Shown here one piece after another: positions 12,238 through 26,344 of a DNA stretch of 64,000 bases. The notes under the pieces were generated by a model. It had not been told where the DNA came from and did not search any database. It worked only from the letters and a program-made list of their open reading frames with translations. The position numbers and the translations under genes were made by a program. This stretch comes from Octopus sinensis (Eukaryota): the NCBI RefSeq assembly GCF_006345805.1, contig NC_043007.1, forward strand, positions 57,908,001-57,972,000, read 5' to 3'. Within the stretch, counting starts at the first letter, position 1; the number at the start of each line of letters is the position of its first letter.

Positions 12238-12708
12238 CAGTAAATCCTCGAGTATAATCCGCATTTTCCCCAAAAATTTAAAGGTCAAAATCCCTAGTGC
12301 GTACTATATACGAGGTTAAAAATGAAAAATATTTTCTGAGCAATGTCCGAGTCTCTATTTGCTCTCCGGCAATGTTTATTCAGACGAATTTTGTGTTGTC
12401 GGGCGCGAAAACACCTTAAGCTAAACCTGAAAGCAATTATGTCATAAAAGAATCATCCATAACTTGCAGTAAGCAACATTTATTAAAATAAAAGTATTCA
12501 GAACACAGAGTAATATATAATAAAAACAATTTGCAAGCATATTTACATTCCCATATAACAGTTGAGAACATCATTATTGTATTACGCATGCGTGGAAGTG
12601 TTTGTTCGACTAGTGCTGCTGGCTTAATTACGCATGACTCAAGTTAGAGGAGTGCGTATTATACACAAGGTTTATACTCAAGGGTGGACTATACTCGAAG
12701 ATTTACGG
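12238..12708. mobile_element. pogo/Tigger-type MITE (Tc1/mariner superfamily)
   Basis: TA-cagtaaatcctcgagtataatcc ... ggactatactcgaagatttacgg-TA. About 23-bp TIRs with 3 mismatches, TA flanks, no ORF. Confidence 0.8.
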
Positions 12709-12791
12709 TATGTATGTTTTTCTGTTTGCTTGTTCTCACACCGCTTGACAACTGTGTTGGATTGTTTACGTTCCCGTAAATATATATATAA

Positions 12792-12841
<50 letters not shown>

Positions 12842-12863
12842 TATATATATATGATGTGATGCC

Positions 12864-13110
12864 ACTAGTGTGTTAGACAACACCTACATTGCTAGAAATA
12901 AGAGCTAAAGCAGTCTAATGCTGGCTTAAGCGATGAGGCGACGGAAATTTCCGAAACTGACGCTTCAGTATTAAACATTCTCGATCGGCATTTTGCGGAC
13001 GATTATGGTCCCTTGTTAGTGTATATGCTTTCATTCGTGTGCGTTAACTACAGCATTAAAGCGTTTTAGCTCTTATTTCTAGCAATGTAGGTGTTGTCTA
13101 ACACCTTAGT
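12864..13110. mobile_element. Fold-back element with 40-bp perfect inverted repeats and a degenerate hammerhead-like motif
   Basis: 12870-12909 is the reverse complement of 13065-13104. Spacer contains aagcg-atgag-g..cc-gaaac-tgac-gctt. Confidence 0.75.
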
Positions 13111-13175
13111 CGCATTTAGTGACATTTGTAATTCTCCATTTTGGCGAAACATTGCAAACTGCTGCTGATATTAAT

Positions 13176-13225
<50 letters not shown>

Positions 13226-14029
13226 ACACACACACACACACACTCACACACATATATATACAGAGAGAGAGAGAGAGAGAGACATACGTACATACATACA
13301 TACATATATATACACACATATATGTATATATGTATGTACATACGTATGTATGTGTGTGTGTATGTAAGAGAAAGAGACAAATGTAGAAGTATTGAGTTAT
13401 CATTTAGGGTGAGAAATATAACAAAGAATGAAGGAAGTGTGGGAAGCGAATGGCGAGAAAGGACGAAGAGCAGCGGAGCAAGTGACGGCAAATGGTTACA
13501 TATGTCAGACGACAAGTGTGTTGTAAATGGATATAAGGGAAGAAGTGATGTAGAATGAAATGGGAAACGATAGTGTAGGCGACAGAGAGAGAGAGAGAGA
13601 GAGAGTTGGATAGAGACAGGAAGGGAGAACGAGTGAGAGAGAGAAGGAAAAGAGAGAAAGGGAGAGAATATTGGGAAAAAAGACGTGTAATTTACGGAAC
13701 GACGACCTACAGTAAATGTTACTACATATATTAGATGTAAGAGGACAATTGTATTGTAATGGAGGACAATTGTGCTAAGAGAGTGAGTGACAGCAAAAGA
13801 GATGGAATTGGAAAGAGAAAGCAAAGGAAGGAGAAAGAGGAGGGGCAAAGAAAAAAGAGAAAATGAGAGGAAAATGGAAGAGCGATATGGTGGACGGACC
13901 GTAAAATGGAAGTATATGTGTATATGAGAATAGATGCGGATCTGGAGTGAAGGAGATGAAGAAAATCGAGGAAGCTAGAGAAACAGAGTGAGTGAAAAAC
14001 CGATAGAGATAGACAGTGAGAGAGTGGGG

Positions 14030-14219
<190 letters not shown>

Positions 14220-15276
14220 GTAATCGTATGTAGAAATAGAAGGTGGAAAACAGAGGAAAAGGAGACACAAATCATTGGAGAGGGAGAAAGAGAAAGAAAG
14301 CTGGATGTAGAGAGAGAGAGAATGAGAGAGAAAAGAAGACATGACCTGTTTGCTTTACGTCTGAATAGACTCACCAAATTTGGTATCTATTGCATGAGTT
14401 TTACGACCATCCACTGTCACCAGAATGGTTATTAACATCGCGTAAAGGCAACTCGAGAAGATGCGCTTACCACATGTATTTTGTACACACCTTCTCACAA
14501 ACTCACATACACACACATAATTACGCACAAATATGCACACATACACGCATACAAACACGCACGTATATATATGTACATTTTGACACTATTAAGCATGTGT
14601 ATGTAGTTATATGAATATGTGTATATATATATATATATATATTTATATATGAATATGTGTGTATGTGTATGTGTATATGTGTGTGTGTATACAGAAATAC
14701 ACGTACATGTGAGCTGTTCATCAAAGAGTATGTGTGTGAGCTGACATACACTCGTATATTCACGCGTATAGATTTAATATGCTTTTGTAAATGTATATAA
14801 TTATAGTTACCTGTTGGTGGGTGGGTCTGTTAGTTGTATGTGTATTTAGTAAGAGAGACCCTATAGAACTTAGATATAGAGATATTTAGAGAGAGAGGGC
14901 GTGAGAGAGAGAATGATAGATAGACAGGCAGGCAGGCAGACGAAGGGTGTGTGTGTGTGAGAGAGAGAGAGAGTTTGTGAAAGGAGAGAAAATAAGAAAG
15001 AAAGAAAGAAAAAGAAAGGAAGGAAGGGAGAAAGAAAGAAAGGAAGAAAGAAAGAAAGAAAGGCAGGAAGGAAGAAACAAACAAACAAACAAAGAAAAGA
15101 AGAAAGACAGAAGGCGTCATAAATGCATAAATATAAATATACACATTTATGCTCGTATGAAAGAACACATATGCTCGTTCATACGAGCATACATCTGTAT
15201 ATTTATATGATGTGTATATTTTTATTTATGCATTTATGACGCTATCCTTATATATGTATGTATACACCACACACAT

Positions 15277-15308
<32 letters not shown>

Positions 15309-15366
15309 GATAGATAGATAGATAGATAGGATAGGATATACCTTGTGTGTATGTGTATATATAATA

Positions 15367-15415
<49 letters not shown>

Positions 15416-15580
15416 TGGCATATTCATGTTAATATGTTTAACATCAAATCTATCCGTTTCTTACCAATCGCCGCGTCTCAACCTTAATGTTTACATAATC
15501 ATCAGCGTATCTATATCAATCTGGTGAACTTCCTTTCTTTCTACCTACTTATCAACACCTCTATCTATGTTTGTCTTCCG

Positions 15581-15659
<79 letters not shown>

Positions 15660-15960
15660 CCTACCTACCTAACTACTTATCTGTCTGTCTCTCATTTTAT
15701 CTATATCTGATGTTAACATCATTTTTCACAGAGTTTGTTGAAGCAATCGTGATTATATATCTCCCGACGAACAGAAAACTGACACCGAAAAAAACTTAAG
15801 TAGTTCCAGTATACAACAATTGATTTTTCACACATCAATGCCCTAACTGCCACACCCATCATGTGGTATGACCAGACAGCTTTTGATAACACTCACAATC
15901 GGACATGCACATGTATATAGACACACACATATGTATAAATACACACACACACACACACAC

Positions 15961-16041
<81 letters not shown>

Positions 16042-16132
16042 TGCTTATATGTCTGCATGCATATGTGTGTGTATGTGTGTATACACATTTATATAAGTGC
16101 TTACATAATAGTAATATATATATATATATATA

Positions 16133-16184
<52 letters not shown>

Positions 16185-16284
16185 TATTATTATTATTATT
16201 ACATTATATATTATTTATATATATTTACGTATATAAAACAGCCACCCTCTCATATGCGCAATAACCATATGCATCCATTCAAAC

Positions 16285-16315
<31 letters not shown>

Positions 16316-17108
16316 CATACATACATACATACATAATACATACATGCATACACATATATACATGTATGCATACACATATATACACACCCATTCATGTATA
16401 TACTAACTAGCGCTAACGTGATATCTTAAAGATAGTCTGCTCCCCATCCTTTGTGGTAGATGGGTGTACTGGTGTGAAGTGGTACTTCCTAATCATTTTG
16501 TTCCTACACTTGTTGCTGTTATTGTTGATGGATACGTGTATCGCATTCGACAGAGATTGGGATAGGATGCTTTGGTGGACATTAATCCTGGAAATTAGGA
16601 TGGAGGATTTTTTCTTTTTTGGCTCCAGTGTTGTACCCGGTACCACTTTAGCACCAGCAACGTACATTATATTTGTTGCTGATTTTTTCGTTTTTACTTT
16701 TTTACCCTTCTAGTCCTTCTGAGCAGAAAACGCTTAAATGTCTTATACTGGCACAAGTGTACCGGATACTGAATTTTAATGCCTTCCTGCTAGCATACTT
16801 TACTCAGCACAGCTTCAGGACTGTTCTGCGGTCTTATGTATCATGCGGGTTTTTATCTCTTGTTCTCACCTCTCGGGGTTGCATATCGCCAGAAGTTAAA
16901 ACTGTACTGACCACTGACAACGACTAACCAGCGATCAACATAGGCAAAGATAACCATGGCGCGAACCTTCAGTTCTTTCTTCCCGAATATTGTTGGGAAA
17001 TATATAGGGAGTTATGTCGCGTCCAATTTAGGTTTTGACTTGCTTGGAAAAACACAAATAGATTACCTGACTTTTCTAGAATAGGTTTTGCAGGCTAGTG
17101 ATAGTCTT

Positions 17109-17355
<247 letters not shown>

Positions 17356-18757
17356 TGCTTCTTTACTGGCTACACAGGGCTGAACACAGAGGGGACAAAA
17401 TACCAAAATACAAAGTAGAGCTTTTCTGTGGAAAGAAGAAGAGAAGAAAAAAAAGAAGAAAAATGGGTCGAATTCCGATCAAAAGGATTCATTGAAAAAA
17501 AACGGGGCCGATCAATAGGGATCGTGTATCATAGAAATGTCAATGTAAAAGGGAAAAACAGATTAGGTTTATCCGCGGAAAGGAAAGCCTACGGAAAAGA
17601 CCACTGGAACATTGGGCAATAGTGTCATGCGAAAAAACACATTACAGTAAGTGGCTCTCTTTTTTCCTTTCTTTTTTGTTTTGGTTTATAGGATTATGCT
17701 CACGCTGGTTCCGTTATTCACACGTGCCATCCTTGTTACATTCACCCATCTTTTTTTTAAACATTCACTAGACAAAACTTCCCTCTCTACTCTCACCTTC
17801 CTCTTCAAGTGATACTTGGAGAAGTTGATGAGAGATTGACCAGAGCGGAAAGTGTTTGTCTCTAGACCTTTCAGACGCGTCCACCATACACATTCTTTCG
17901 CCATAGCCACAAGTAAGATGAAAATGGCCCTTCCTTCTCGTTTCAAGGAAGGAGACGCGACAATATTCACGATAGACTCGGTTGATAAACTGACTCGTCC
18001 CACACGTGACAGCAATCGTTCGACATAGGCCCACAGGTCGGAAATGGTTGGACACAGTACGAGTGCGTGCAGGACGGTTTCCTCGCTCTGACCGCATCTC
18101 GGACAGGTCGGCTCCGTGTTTCTCGAGCCATGCCAGTAGAGCTTATCCCGAACGGGTAGCGCTTCTCGATAGCACTGCCAGGTCAGGGGTCTCTGGAAGT
18201 TGTTCATAGGTCTCGGCCTGAAAGTCTTCTTGAACAGGCGGGTCAGGCATTCCTCGTCGATGCTCCGGTTCACCCCGAGATCGTGATCGTACCTCCCCTT
18301 CACTAATCCCATATAGAATACTTTGGTTGTGTTCAAGTCGCTCAAGGTCGACCCGGGACGGCATAGTTGCTTGAGAGCAATGCGACACGCGGTGCCATTC
18401 GCCCTTCCTCGGCCTCTTTTTGATCCACGACTGCAATTTGGTCATAAAGACGAGCTGCGGGAAAGCACACCTCGCAAACGGCGACCACACCTGTTCACCG
18501 TCGTCTACGTAGAGCCGGATATGTCGCAGTTTCAGCGTGTGTTTGTGCATCATCAACCACAACATGCCGAGCCCTCCTTTTAACGGGTGTTGGCAGCAAA
18601 CCGATCGCCTGACCATCGGAACGCATCCTGTCCACAAGAAGCGGAGGAGAATGCGTTCCAGTTTGGTGATGGTAGGGTCGGGACAAGGCACGATGGTCAG
18701 GCGGTAGTAGATAATAGATGGAAAGCTTCCTCTCGGCCCATTGCCGGACGAGAGTGA
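17356..18757 (-). mobile_element. Tx1/L1-clade LINE copy 2 (5' truncated; C-terminus + 3' UTR)
   Basis: ORF 17686..18345 is highly similar to copy 1 ORFs 1528..2022 and 2026..2556. The 3' UTR ends ...gccagtaaagaagca directly against (TATC)n. Confidence 0.9.
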
Positions 18758-18759
18758 TG

Positions 18760-18968
18760 GGCTACTAAAGCTGAAGAAAATTCTAACTGAGCCCCACCTG
18801 CAAGGTCATGCGCTGTTTATCTTGATATGAGATCACTATGCCATGCACATATGGTTGTGATGTATGTGCCTAGTGTACGCTTATCAGAGGAGAAGTCATG
18901 GTGTGTATATTGGCTCCGTATATTTGTACCCCAGTGTCACTTTGATAGCATGCACTGCTCTCTCACTC

Positions 18969-19020
<52 letters not shown>
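18760..19020 (+). mobile_element. Unclassified retroposon 3' end with (AAT)n tail
   Basis: About 210 bp of non-Tx1 sequence ending ctctctcactc(AAT)n. Family assignment is from recollection only. Confidence 0.4.
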
Positions 19021-19023
<3 letters not shown>

Positions 19024-20739
19024 TCTTTTATTGGCCAAAAGGGCTGAACACAAAACAATACAATACAATACAAGGGACAATACAATACAAGGGACAATAC
19101 AATACAAGGGACAAGTTGGGTGTTGAACAATGCCATATATATAAGTAACAAAACAAATAACAAAACAATTTAAAAATTAAAATTCCCCAAAAGAAGGGAG
19201 TTCTTACTGGAACAACCGCAGAAACCCACACAACCTGGTTATCCCGACCGTCAGGTGCACCTCAGCAGGCACCTCCTTCCTTCTTATCCCCTCCGGTTTA
19301 CAAAGGAAAGTTCAGAGTAGGCCCATATACACGGACTATCCTCATCACATACACCCACCTTTCAACAAATTTACTGGGGGGTCAGAATTTTCCTCTCTAC
19401 CCTCACTTTCCTATTCAAGTGGAAATCGAAAAAGTCGATGAGAGCTCGGCCGAATAGGAAAGTATCTGTCTTCAGTTCTCTCAGTCTCGTCCACCACACT
19501 ACCTCCTTCGCCATAGCCACAGAGGAAAACTGCCTTTCCTTCCCGGCCAAAAGATAGCGGCGGGGAGATCTTCACGATGGACTCGGCTGATAACCGGATC
19601 CATCCTACACGCGATAGCAGCTGTTCGTCAAAGCTTCACAAGTCAGTAATCCACAGACACTGGACGAATGCATGCCTGTAGATCTTGTCTCGAACCGGCA
19701 GAGCACCCCGGTAGCACTGCCAGGCATGGATTTCTGGAAGTTATCCATAGGCCCTAGCCCTAAAGTCATCCAGAAAATATCAGTTAATTGATCTCTCCCA
19801 ACACCCAGATTTTCCCCAAGGACGCTGTCGCTCTCGCCCACCATTAATCCCCTATAGAACTCCATAGTGAAACTCCCACCGACTGCGTTGCCCGACTGGC
19901 AGAAAGCTGTGAGCGCTTGCCAACACTCCAGGTGCCAAGCGCTCTTTCTTGCTCTACATTTGATCCAAGACTATAGCTCCATCAATGAAACGAGCTGTGG
20001 AAAATCCTGCTTGACAAACGGCACCCACCCCTGTTCACCAGCAGTGGCAGACTCCTGCCAAGAGATCACCGAACAAGTCTGGCATATGAAGATAAAGCTC
20101 GAAAGGCAGACCATCTAGCCCCGGAGACTTCTTTGTGCAGCTCGTCATCGCGTCTCCTATGTCTTCGGCTGTTATCGGCATTTCACATAACTCCGCATCC
20201 CTGGCCAAAAGGCGCAGCATGCCATCGAGACAGGAGGTAAAAAACACCTCCATCTCCGACACACCGCGCGCCCCGAACACTTTGGTGAAATGGCGCTGAA
20301 ATTCTGCTTGGACTCGTGTAGCATATGACCGTCCAAGCCCGTCTAAGACCGAATTGTGGATTTGCTGCCACGTTGCACCTTTGCCATTCGGGCCATCGAA
20401 CGGCTTTTGTCCCTTCATGATTTAGAGCACGCGCACTAGCCATGACAATGCAACCTTCATGCTTGGCATTGAAGAACTGATCAAGAGCCAATCTCGCCGC
20501 CAGCACGTCAGTCGCAATGCCTCTCCTAAGCGTATCTTCTAGCTTTTTAACTCTCCCTCTATCCTAGATTCCTCTAAGGAATCTATTTTCTTACTAAATC
20601 ATCCTGCTTCTATTCTAATAGCCCTTTTCAGGGCTATTCACCAAAAACTTCCGATGGACTAACTCGCTAACTCGATTTCTGAATGTTTGACGCGCCGGGA
20701 AAGATGCGTTCAGCTTTCAGTACCCGGGATCCTGCCTAT

Positions 20740-21480
20740 GGATCCTATCTAGGTCGACCGTGCAGAACACAAATTTGTGGTCTGTGTAGCTGATGACTTT
20801 GAACTGTGGACAACCTATACTGCTTCTATTTACTAGCCTACAGAATATCCTATCTAAATACGATCGGGAAGAAGCGGTGTTGTTTGCTCATGTCCACATT
20901 GGGTTATTCGGGAAATCCACTCGGTACCTGTCAGCCAATTGGAAATGACTGTGCAGGTTTGTGAGACTTTTGCACCCCACTCTCATATCGGCTAGCCCAA
21001 ACCTATCCAGGCGTGCGTCCAAAGTGGCGTTCCAATCGCCCACTAAAACTAAAGAGTGAGATGTCCCAAGGCAAACCTCCAAACGTTTGTAGCAATCTGG
21101 CTACCCCGGTTGGGGCATACACAGCGACTAGCCAAAAAGCACCACCTTCGCTGCTACTCACTTCCAGGACCACCATCGTACCTTCCAGATCCAGGAAGAT
21201 CGTTAGTATCTCGAGATCCAGGCCTTTCTTAAACAGCACTGCTCGCCCCACTCATTTCGAAGCCGACTAAGAGATACGTAAATCTCAAAATCGTCAGAAA
21301 TCCGGCCACATTACGTGTGTCGGAAATCTTTGTTTTGCTGATCGCCGCCACATCCTTTGATAGTGACCTGAAGACGTTAAGCAGGTGCCCCTGCTTCCAA
21401 GCGATCTCAGGACACGAACATTTACGCAACCCCCTCTAATCAATCCCATGCCGATTGGAAAGAGCTGTGAGAAAGAAAAA
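20740..21480 (-). pseudogene. Apurinic-like endonuclease (APE/EEP) domain of Tx1 ORF2, frameshifted
   Basis: GCVNV, VAVYAPT, GDWNA, YLDRIF and DHK motifs across frames. Confidence 0.8.
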
Positions 21481-21489
21481 GAGTGAGGT

Positions 21490-21838
21490 TGCTTACTCTG
21501 CCGGTGCAGTGGGTAGCCAGATGACTGGCAGGAGTTTCTCCTCCCGATACTGTTGGCAGCCCTGTGACGCGGGTTCCGGATCTGGTTGTGGTTCCTCTGG
21601 GAAATCCTGCAAATGTTTCTTCGTGGCCTTGACATTAGGATTTCTCACGTCGTTAAGGAAAGCTTCCCTAATGTCTGTGTAGGTCTTCAGTGGCATCCGT
21701 ACTTTCCGGAGCCCTAAGGTTGCTGGTGTCATGTATTGCAGCCTCTCTCGCAAATTCCTTATCTCCGACTATGCGGTCCATCAAATTTTTGTTGTCTCTC
21801 CTCATCGGCACGAAATCGGAAGTTTCAGTGATTGACTG

Positions 21839-21908
<70 letters not shown>

Positions 21909-23500
21909 CGCGTGCGTGTCTGCTATGTTTTGAGGATGAAATGGGCTTGCGATAGTGTTAGTGTGGCCGGTGGAGCCGGTGTTGTTTTAGATATGTCTGT
22001 TGCTTTTACACTGGAACATTCTATTGTTGGTGTCGGGCCAAGTACTTTTCCTCTGCGTTGTCTTTTGGGTTTTTTTGCTTTATGTGGTTCCTCCTCGTCT
22101 TTGCTACGCGATGTAGAGGCACCAGTGTCTGTGGAATCAGTCTCGGGGTCTGTGATTCTGTTTGTGTTTGTGTGAGCGTCGCTGTGTGAGTGTGTGCTTG
22201 AGAGAGGGACAACGTATTACTTGTTTGGAAGACACCCTGGGTAGTTATCTCTATTGTCTCTGTGCTTCACCAGAAAATGAGGCTGCATGTGACATATTGT
22301 CTCAGTTGTTGCTGTTGTTGAGTATTTTCTTTGGTGGTGGGAGTGGCCTCGTGCCTCCTGCCTTTTTGGGGTAGAAAACCCTGAGGTGGTTTGTGGCCCC
22401 ACAAATGTCGCACTTGGACTTTCTGCCTTCTATTATAGCATGCAAGTGAACCCCTTTGGGCAGTTGTATAAGGTCCGGGATTTTTCCATCTTTTCCCGAT
22501 TCAGAAGGAACAGTGCTTCAATGATTATCTCGAGTCAGTTTTCCCTGCTGCTCCGTTTCCCCTCTAGGAGTAACTCTGGATCTACCACGCACCCTACGAT
22601 CCACCAGACATTCACGCCTTACGGAACGCCTGGCATTTTTATTCTGGCAGTTCTGTTTGAGAAGTAAGTTTGGTACAGGACCCACTCCTCCCTCCATCGG
22701 AGAATTACTGGATGTTTACGTGCGAGTTCCTCACTTTTGAAGTGGACCTCGATGCTGACATATTGTTTGCCTCTAAGTAAGTGGGCCACGTCTTCTAAGA
22801 TGTCCTTCAGAACGTCTTCGGCTTGAAATATAGATGCTGTTTTAGCTCACCTGCTCTTGCGCGAGACATTTAAAATAAATAGTGTTTTTCCCTTCATTTC
22901 CAACAATTCAGGAGGTACAAGAACCGCTGCCTTACCCCCACCCCCGTCCCACCTCAATTTTCGTGATTTTGCGGGCTTGGGCCAATTCTTTTGGTTTTTC
23001 ATCAAAAGCTAGCGAACATATTTCTTTTTTAAAATTCGCGGAATTATTGTTTTGGTTGGTGTTCTTTAAACCATTTAACTTAGTCGTTTGTTTTTTTTTT
23101 TTGCTTTTTTTGCTTTTTTTGGTGATTTCTGTTTCGCAGGTGTCCAAGATGGTTGTTGTAGCGTTGCTGTTATTTTTACTATCTTCTGTCTCTTCCTTTT
23201 CCGTCTTCGCATTCCTGCTGTTGCTGCTGCTGCTGATTTCACACGCTCCGCGAGCCCTCTCATTGCTTAGACTGTTGTTGTTGTTGTTGTCGTCATTGTC
23301 GTCGTCGTCGTCGTTGGGAGTAAGTGATAGGGGAGGAATCTTCTTTTGTGGGAGGGTTGGTGAGAGTAATAGCTTTCCCCCTCGACGCTCCCATGATGGC
23401 CGCTGTTGCAAAGGTAATGGTCATGATGTCGACGCCAGCTTTGTGTTTGTGTTGTTTTTTCTTTTACGCAAGATGGGACATTTTCTGGGCGCAATAGATA
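21490..23500 (-). pseudogene. Tx1-like ORF1 remnant with degenerate zinc knuckle and low-complexity N-terminal extension
   Basis: CDICGATNHLRVFYP at about 22370-22415. The segment ELLEMKGKTLFILNVSRK...LRGKQYVSIEVHF resembles ORF 7132..7518. Confidence 0.6.
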
Positions 23501-23692
23501 ATTAAATGAACAAATAATGCCTCTTTCGGTGCAGAAACAACAACCGAATACCTGCCAAAAGGTTCCTGATGTTCTTATTGTCAGTTTATAACAAAAATTA
23601 ATAACGTATATTTATAAAGACAGGGTGAAAAACACAATTTACAGTATAACTCACGAAGCTTATTCGAAAGAACGACTTATGTATTCCGCAAC

Positions 23693-23755
<63 letters not shown>

Positions 23756-23770
23756 TAATAATAATAATAA

Positions 23771-24107
23771 TCCTTCCTATTATAGGCACAAGGCCTGAAA
23801 TTTTGGGGAAGGAGGCCAGTCGATTAGATCGATCCCGAAAGGATGAAAGCCAAAGTCGACCTCTGCAGAATTTGAACTCAGAACGTAAGGACAAAGGAAA
23901 TGCCGCTATACATTTTTTTTCTTTGTGTATACTGAGGGGAGAGGCAAGTCGATTACATTGACTCAATATTTCACTGATATTTTCTGCTGATCTGTATAGG
24001 ATAAAAGGCAAAATTGACCTCGGTGAGATTTGAGCTCAGAACACTCAGAAGGAATGACGCTAAGTATTTTGCCCGACTTGCTAACCATCCTGCTAGCTCG
24101 GCGCCTT
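23771..24107 (-). mobile_element. Two tandem partial SINE family B copies
   Basis: Two similar blocks ..gtcgatta.atcgac..aaaggat.aaaggcaaa.t.gacctc.g..ga.tttga.ctcagaac. Confidence 0.75.
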
Positions 24108-24694
24108 AATAAAAACAATGACGGACGATGACAACGAAAATAAGGATAATGATAACAAGGAGGAGGAGGAGGAGGAGGATAACAACGACGATGTCGTCAA
24201 TGACGATGAAGATGACAACGACGCCGACAGTGATGATGGTGGTGGCAGTGGCGTTGGTGATGATGACATGAATGCGCATGTAAAGCAACAGAATGAGAGT
24301 AAAAGAGAAAAAGAAAAAAAAAAGAGGAAAAGAAAAGAGGAAAGTCAAAGAAATAATTGAAATAAATTGCACAAATGAGGTAGAGAGAGAGGGGGGAGAA
24401 ATAGGGTGTTGGTGGTAGACGAAGAGCAAGAAAGAGAGAAAATAATAACTGTATGCGAGATTGAGTGTGAAAGAGATAGAGAGAGGGTGATGGAGAATGA
24501 AAAGGAAGAGACAGAGAGAATAAGAAGGAAATCGATAACTTAAAAGGCAGGGAGAGGGAAAACTGGAGGAACGAAAATAAATGACAGCGTCGTGCAAACA
24601 GGCAGAGGGCTGATACCCCCCCCCACGCAAACATACACATATATACATGTGTGGGTGTGGGTGTCTATTTATATATGCATGTATATATATATGC

Positions 24695-24727
<33 letters not shown>

Positions 24728-25981
24728 ATATACATATATACATATATATATACATATATATATATACATATATATATATACATACATATATATATATATA
24801 TATAATATATATATATGCATATATATGTATATATATATACATATATATACGTATATATGTATGTATATACATAAATACATATATATAAATATATGTACAT
24901 ATATATATATATATACGTATATATATATGTGTGTATGTATATATATATATATATATTATATATATATATATATGTATATGCGCACGCACACACACACACA
25001 GACGCATACACACACATATATATATATATGTATGTATGTATAGTAAAATGTGAGAGAAAGAAAGAGAGAGTACAAAACAGAAAATGAATGCGAGAAGTGG
25101 GAAGAGAGAGAAACAGGCACGCACACACAACATTTCACACACATAAATACGCATACACACACACACGCCTACGCATACATTATCAGAATTAACACATCCC
25201 ATCTATTCTTCTCCAACAACCGAATCCATGACCTTTTCCGTGTTAATGTTTTATTGTATTTATTTAACATGCACATTGTTTGTCTTTTATTTCACTTAAC
25301 ATATTTCTATTTTTATTTTGTGAAATGTTTTAATTAGCTGTTTCTGTGTTGTTTATTATTGCCTTTTGTGTGCATGTGTTTGTGTTTTCGTTGATTGTTT
25401 CTCGCTTTATCCGCCATGTTTTATGGCTGTTTTATTTGTCGTCTGCTCTTTCATCTTTGACGGTCAGCTGGTGACTTTTTAGATGGCATTAGAGCAAAAG
25501 GCTGTGCTGACGCTGGGCGGCGAACGGCCAAAGACAAATGGTGAGTGTAGCGGATGTAGGTGTTATCCCAGCGAGGGTGATGTTAGTGATGACGACGATG
25601 GTGGTGGTGGTGGTGGTGGTGGTGGTAGTAGTGGCAGTATGACGGAAAAGGCGATGGTAGCGATGGCGGAGATGGTGTTTTTGGTGAAGACAGAGGAAGA
25701 GATGGTGGCGGTGAGAGCGGTGTAGTCGATGACGATAGTGATGGTGATAGTTGTGATTTGACTTTGCCGTTCATCAATTCAGGGTCGATAAAATAAGTAC
25801 CAGTTTAGGACTAGGGTCGATGTCATCGACTTGTCTCCTCTCTTGAACTTGCTGGCCATGTGCCAAAATTTGATACCGATATTTGTGCGGTGTGTTATAA
25901 CTATGAGAGTTGTAGGGCAGCAATGTAAGTGGTGTTATAGCTGCAAATACAGTTGTAGTGGGTTTATAAGAAGAAAAAAAA

Positions 25982-26170
25982 CTGGCACTCCGTCCGTTAT
26001 CATGACGAGGGTTCCAGCTGATCCGATCAACGGAACAGCCTGCTCGTGAAATTAACGTGCAAGTGGCTGAGCACTCCACAGACATGTGTACCCTTAACGT
26101 TATTCTCAAGTAGAATCAGCGAAATACAGTGTGACAAGGCTAGCCCTTTGGAATACAAGTACTATTCATT
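25982..26170 (+). mobile_element. SINE-like repeat fragment (family D)
   Basis: gatccgatcaacggaacagcctgctcgtgaaattaacgtgcaagtggctgagcactccac recognised from memory as an octopus interspersed repeat; only one copy here. Confidence 0.4.
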
Positions 26171-26233
26171 CAATAATATCAAAAATGAAGAATGTAAAAC
26201 ATGTGAATCACCAAAAGTTCGGTTATACTGAGT

Positions 26234-26265
<32 letters not shown>

Positions 26266-26284
26266 AGAGAAAGAAAGAAAGAAA

Positions 26285-26344
<60 letters not shown>

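Larger units (their letters stand above)
19021..23500 (-). mobile_element. Tx1/L1-clade LINE copy 3: ORF1 + APE endonuclease, RT core deleted, 3' end present
   Basis: Motifs CVNVRVL, AVYAP, LVGDWNA, SYLDRIF, TDHK and SPGLDGLPFELY. The sequence jumps at about 20040 to the C-terminal region. The 3' UTR shares gggctgaacaca with copy 2, and AATAAA precedes (ATT)n. Confidence 0.85.

Noticed and set aside
16400-17000. Possible LINE 5'/endonuclease fragment
   Set aside because: No recognisable conserved motif in any frame.
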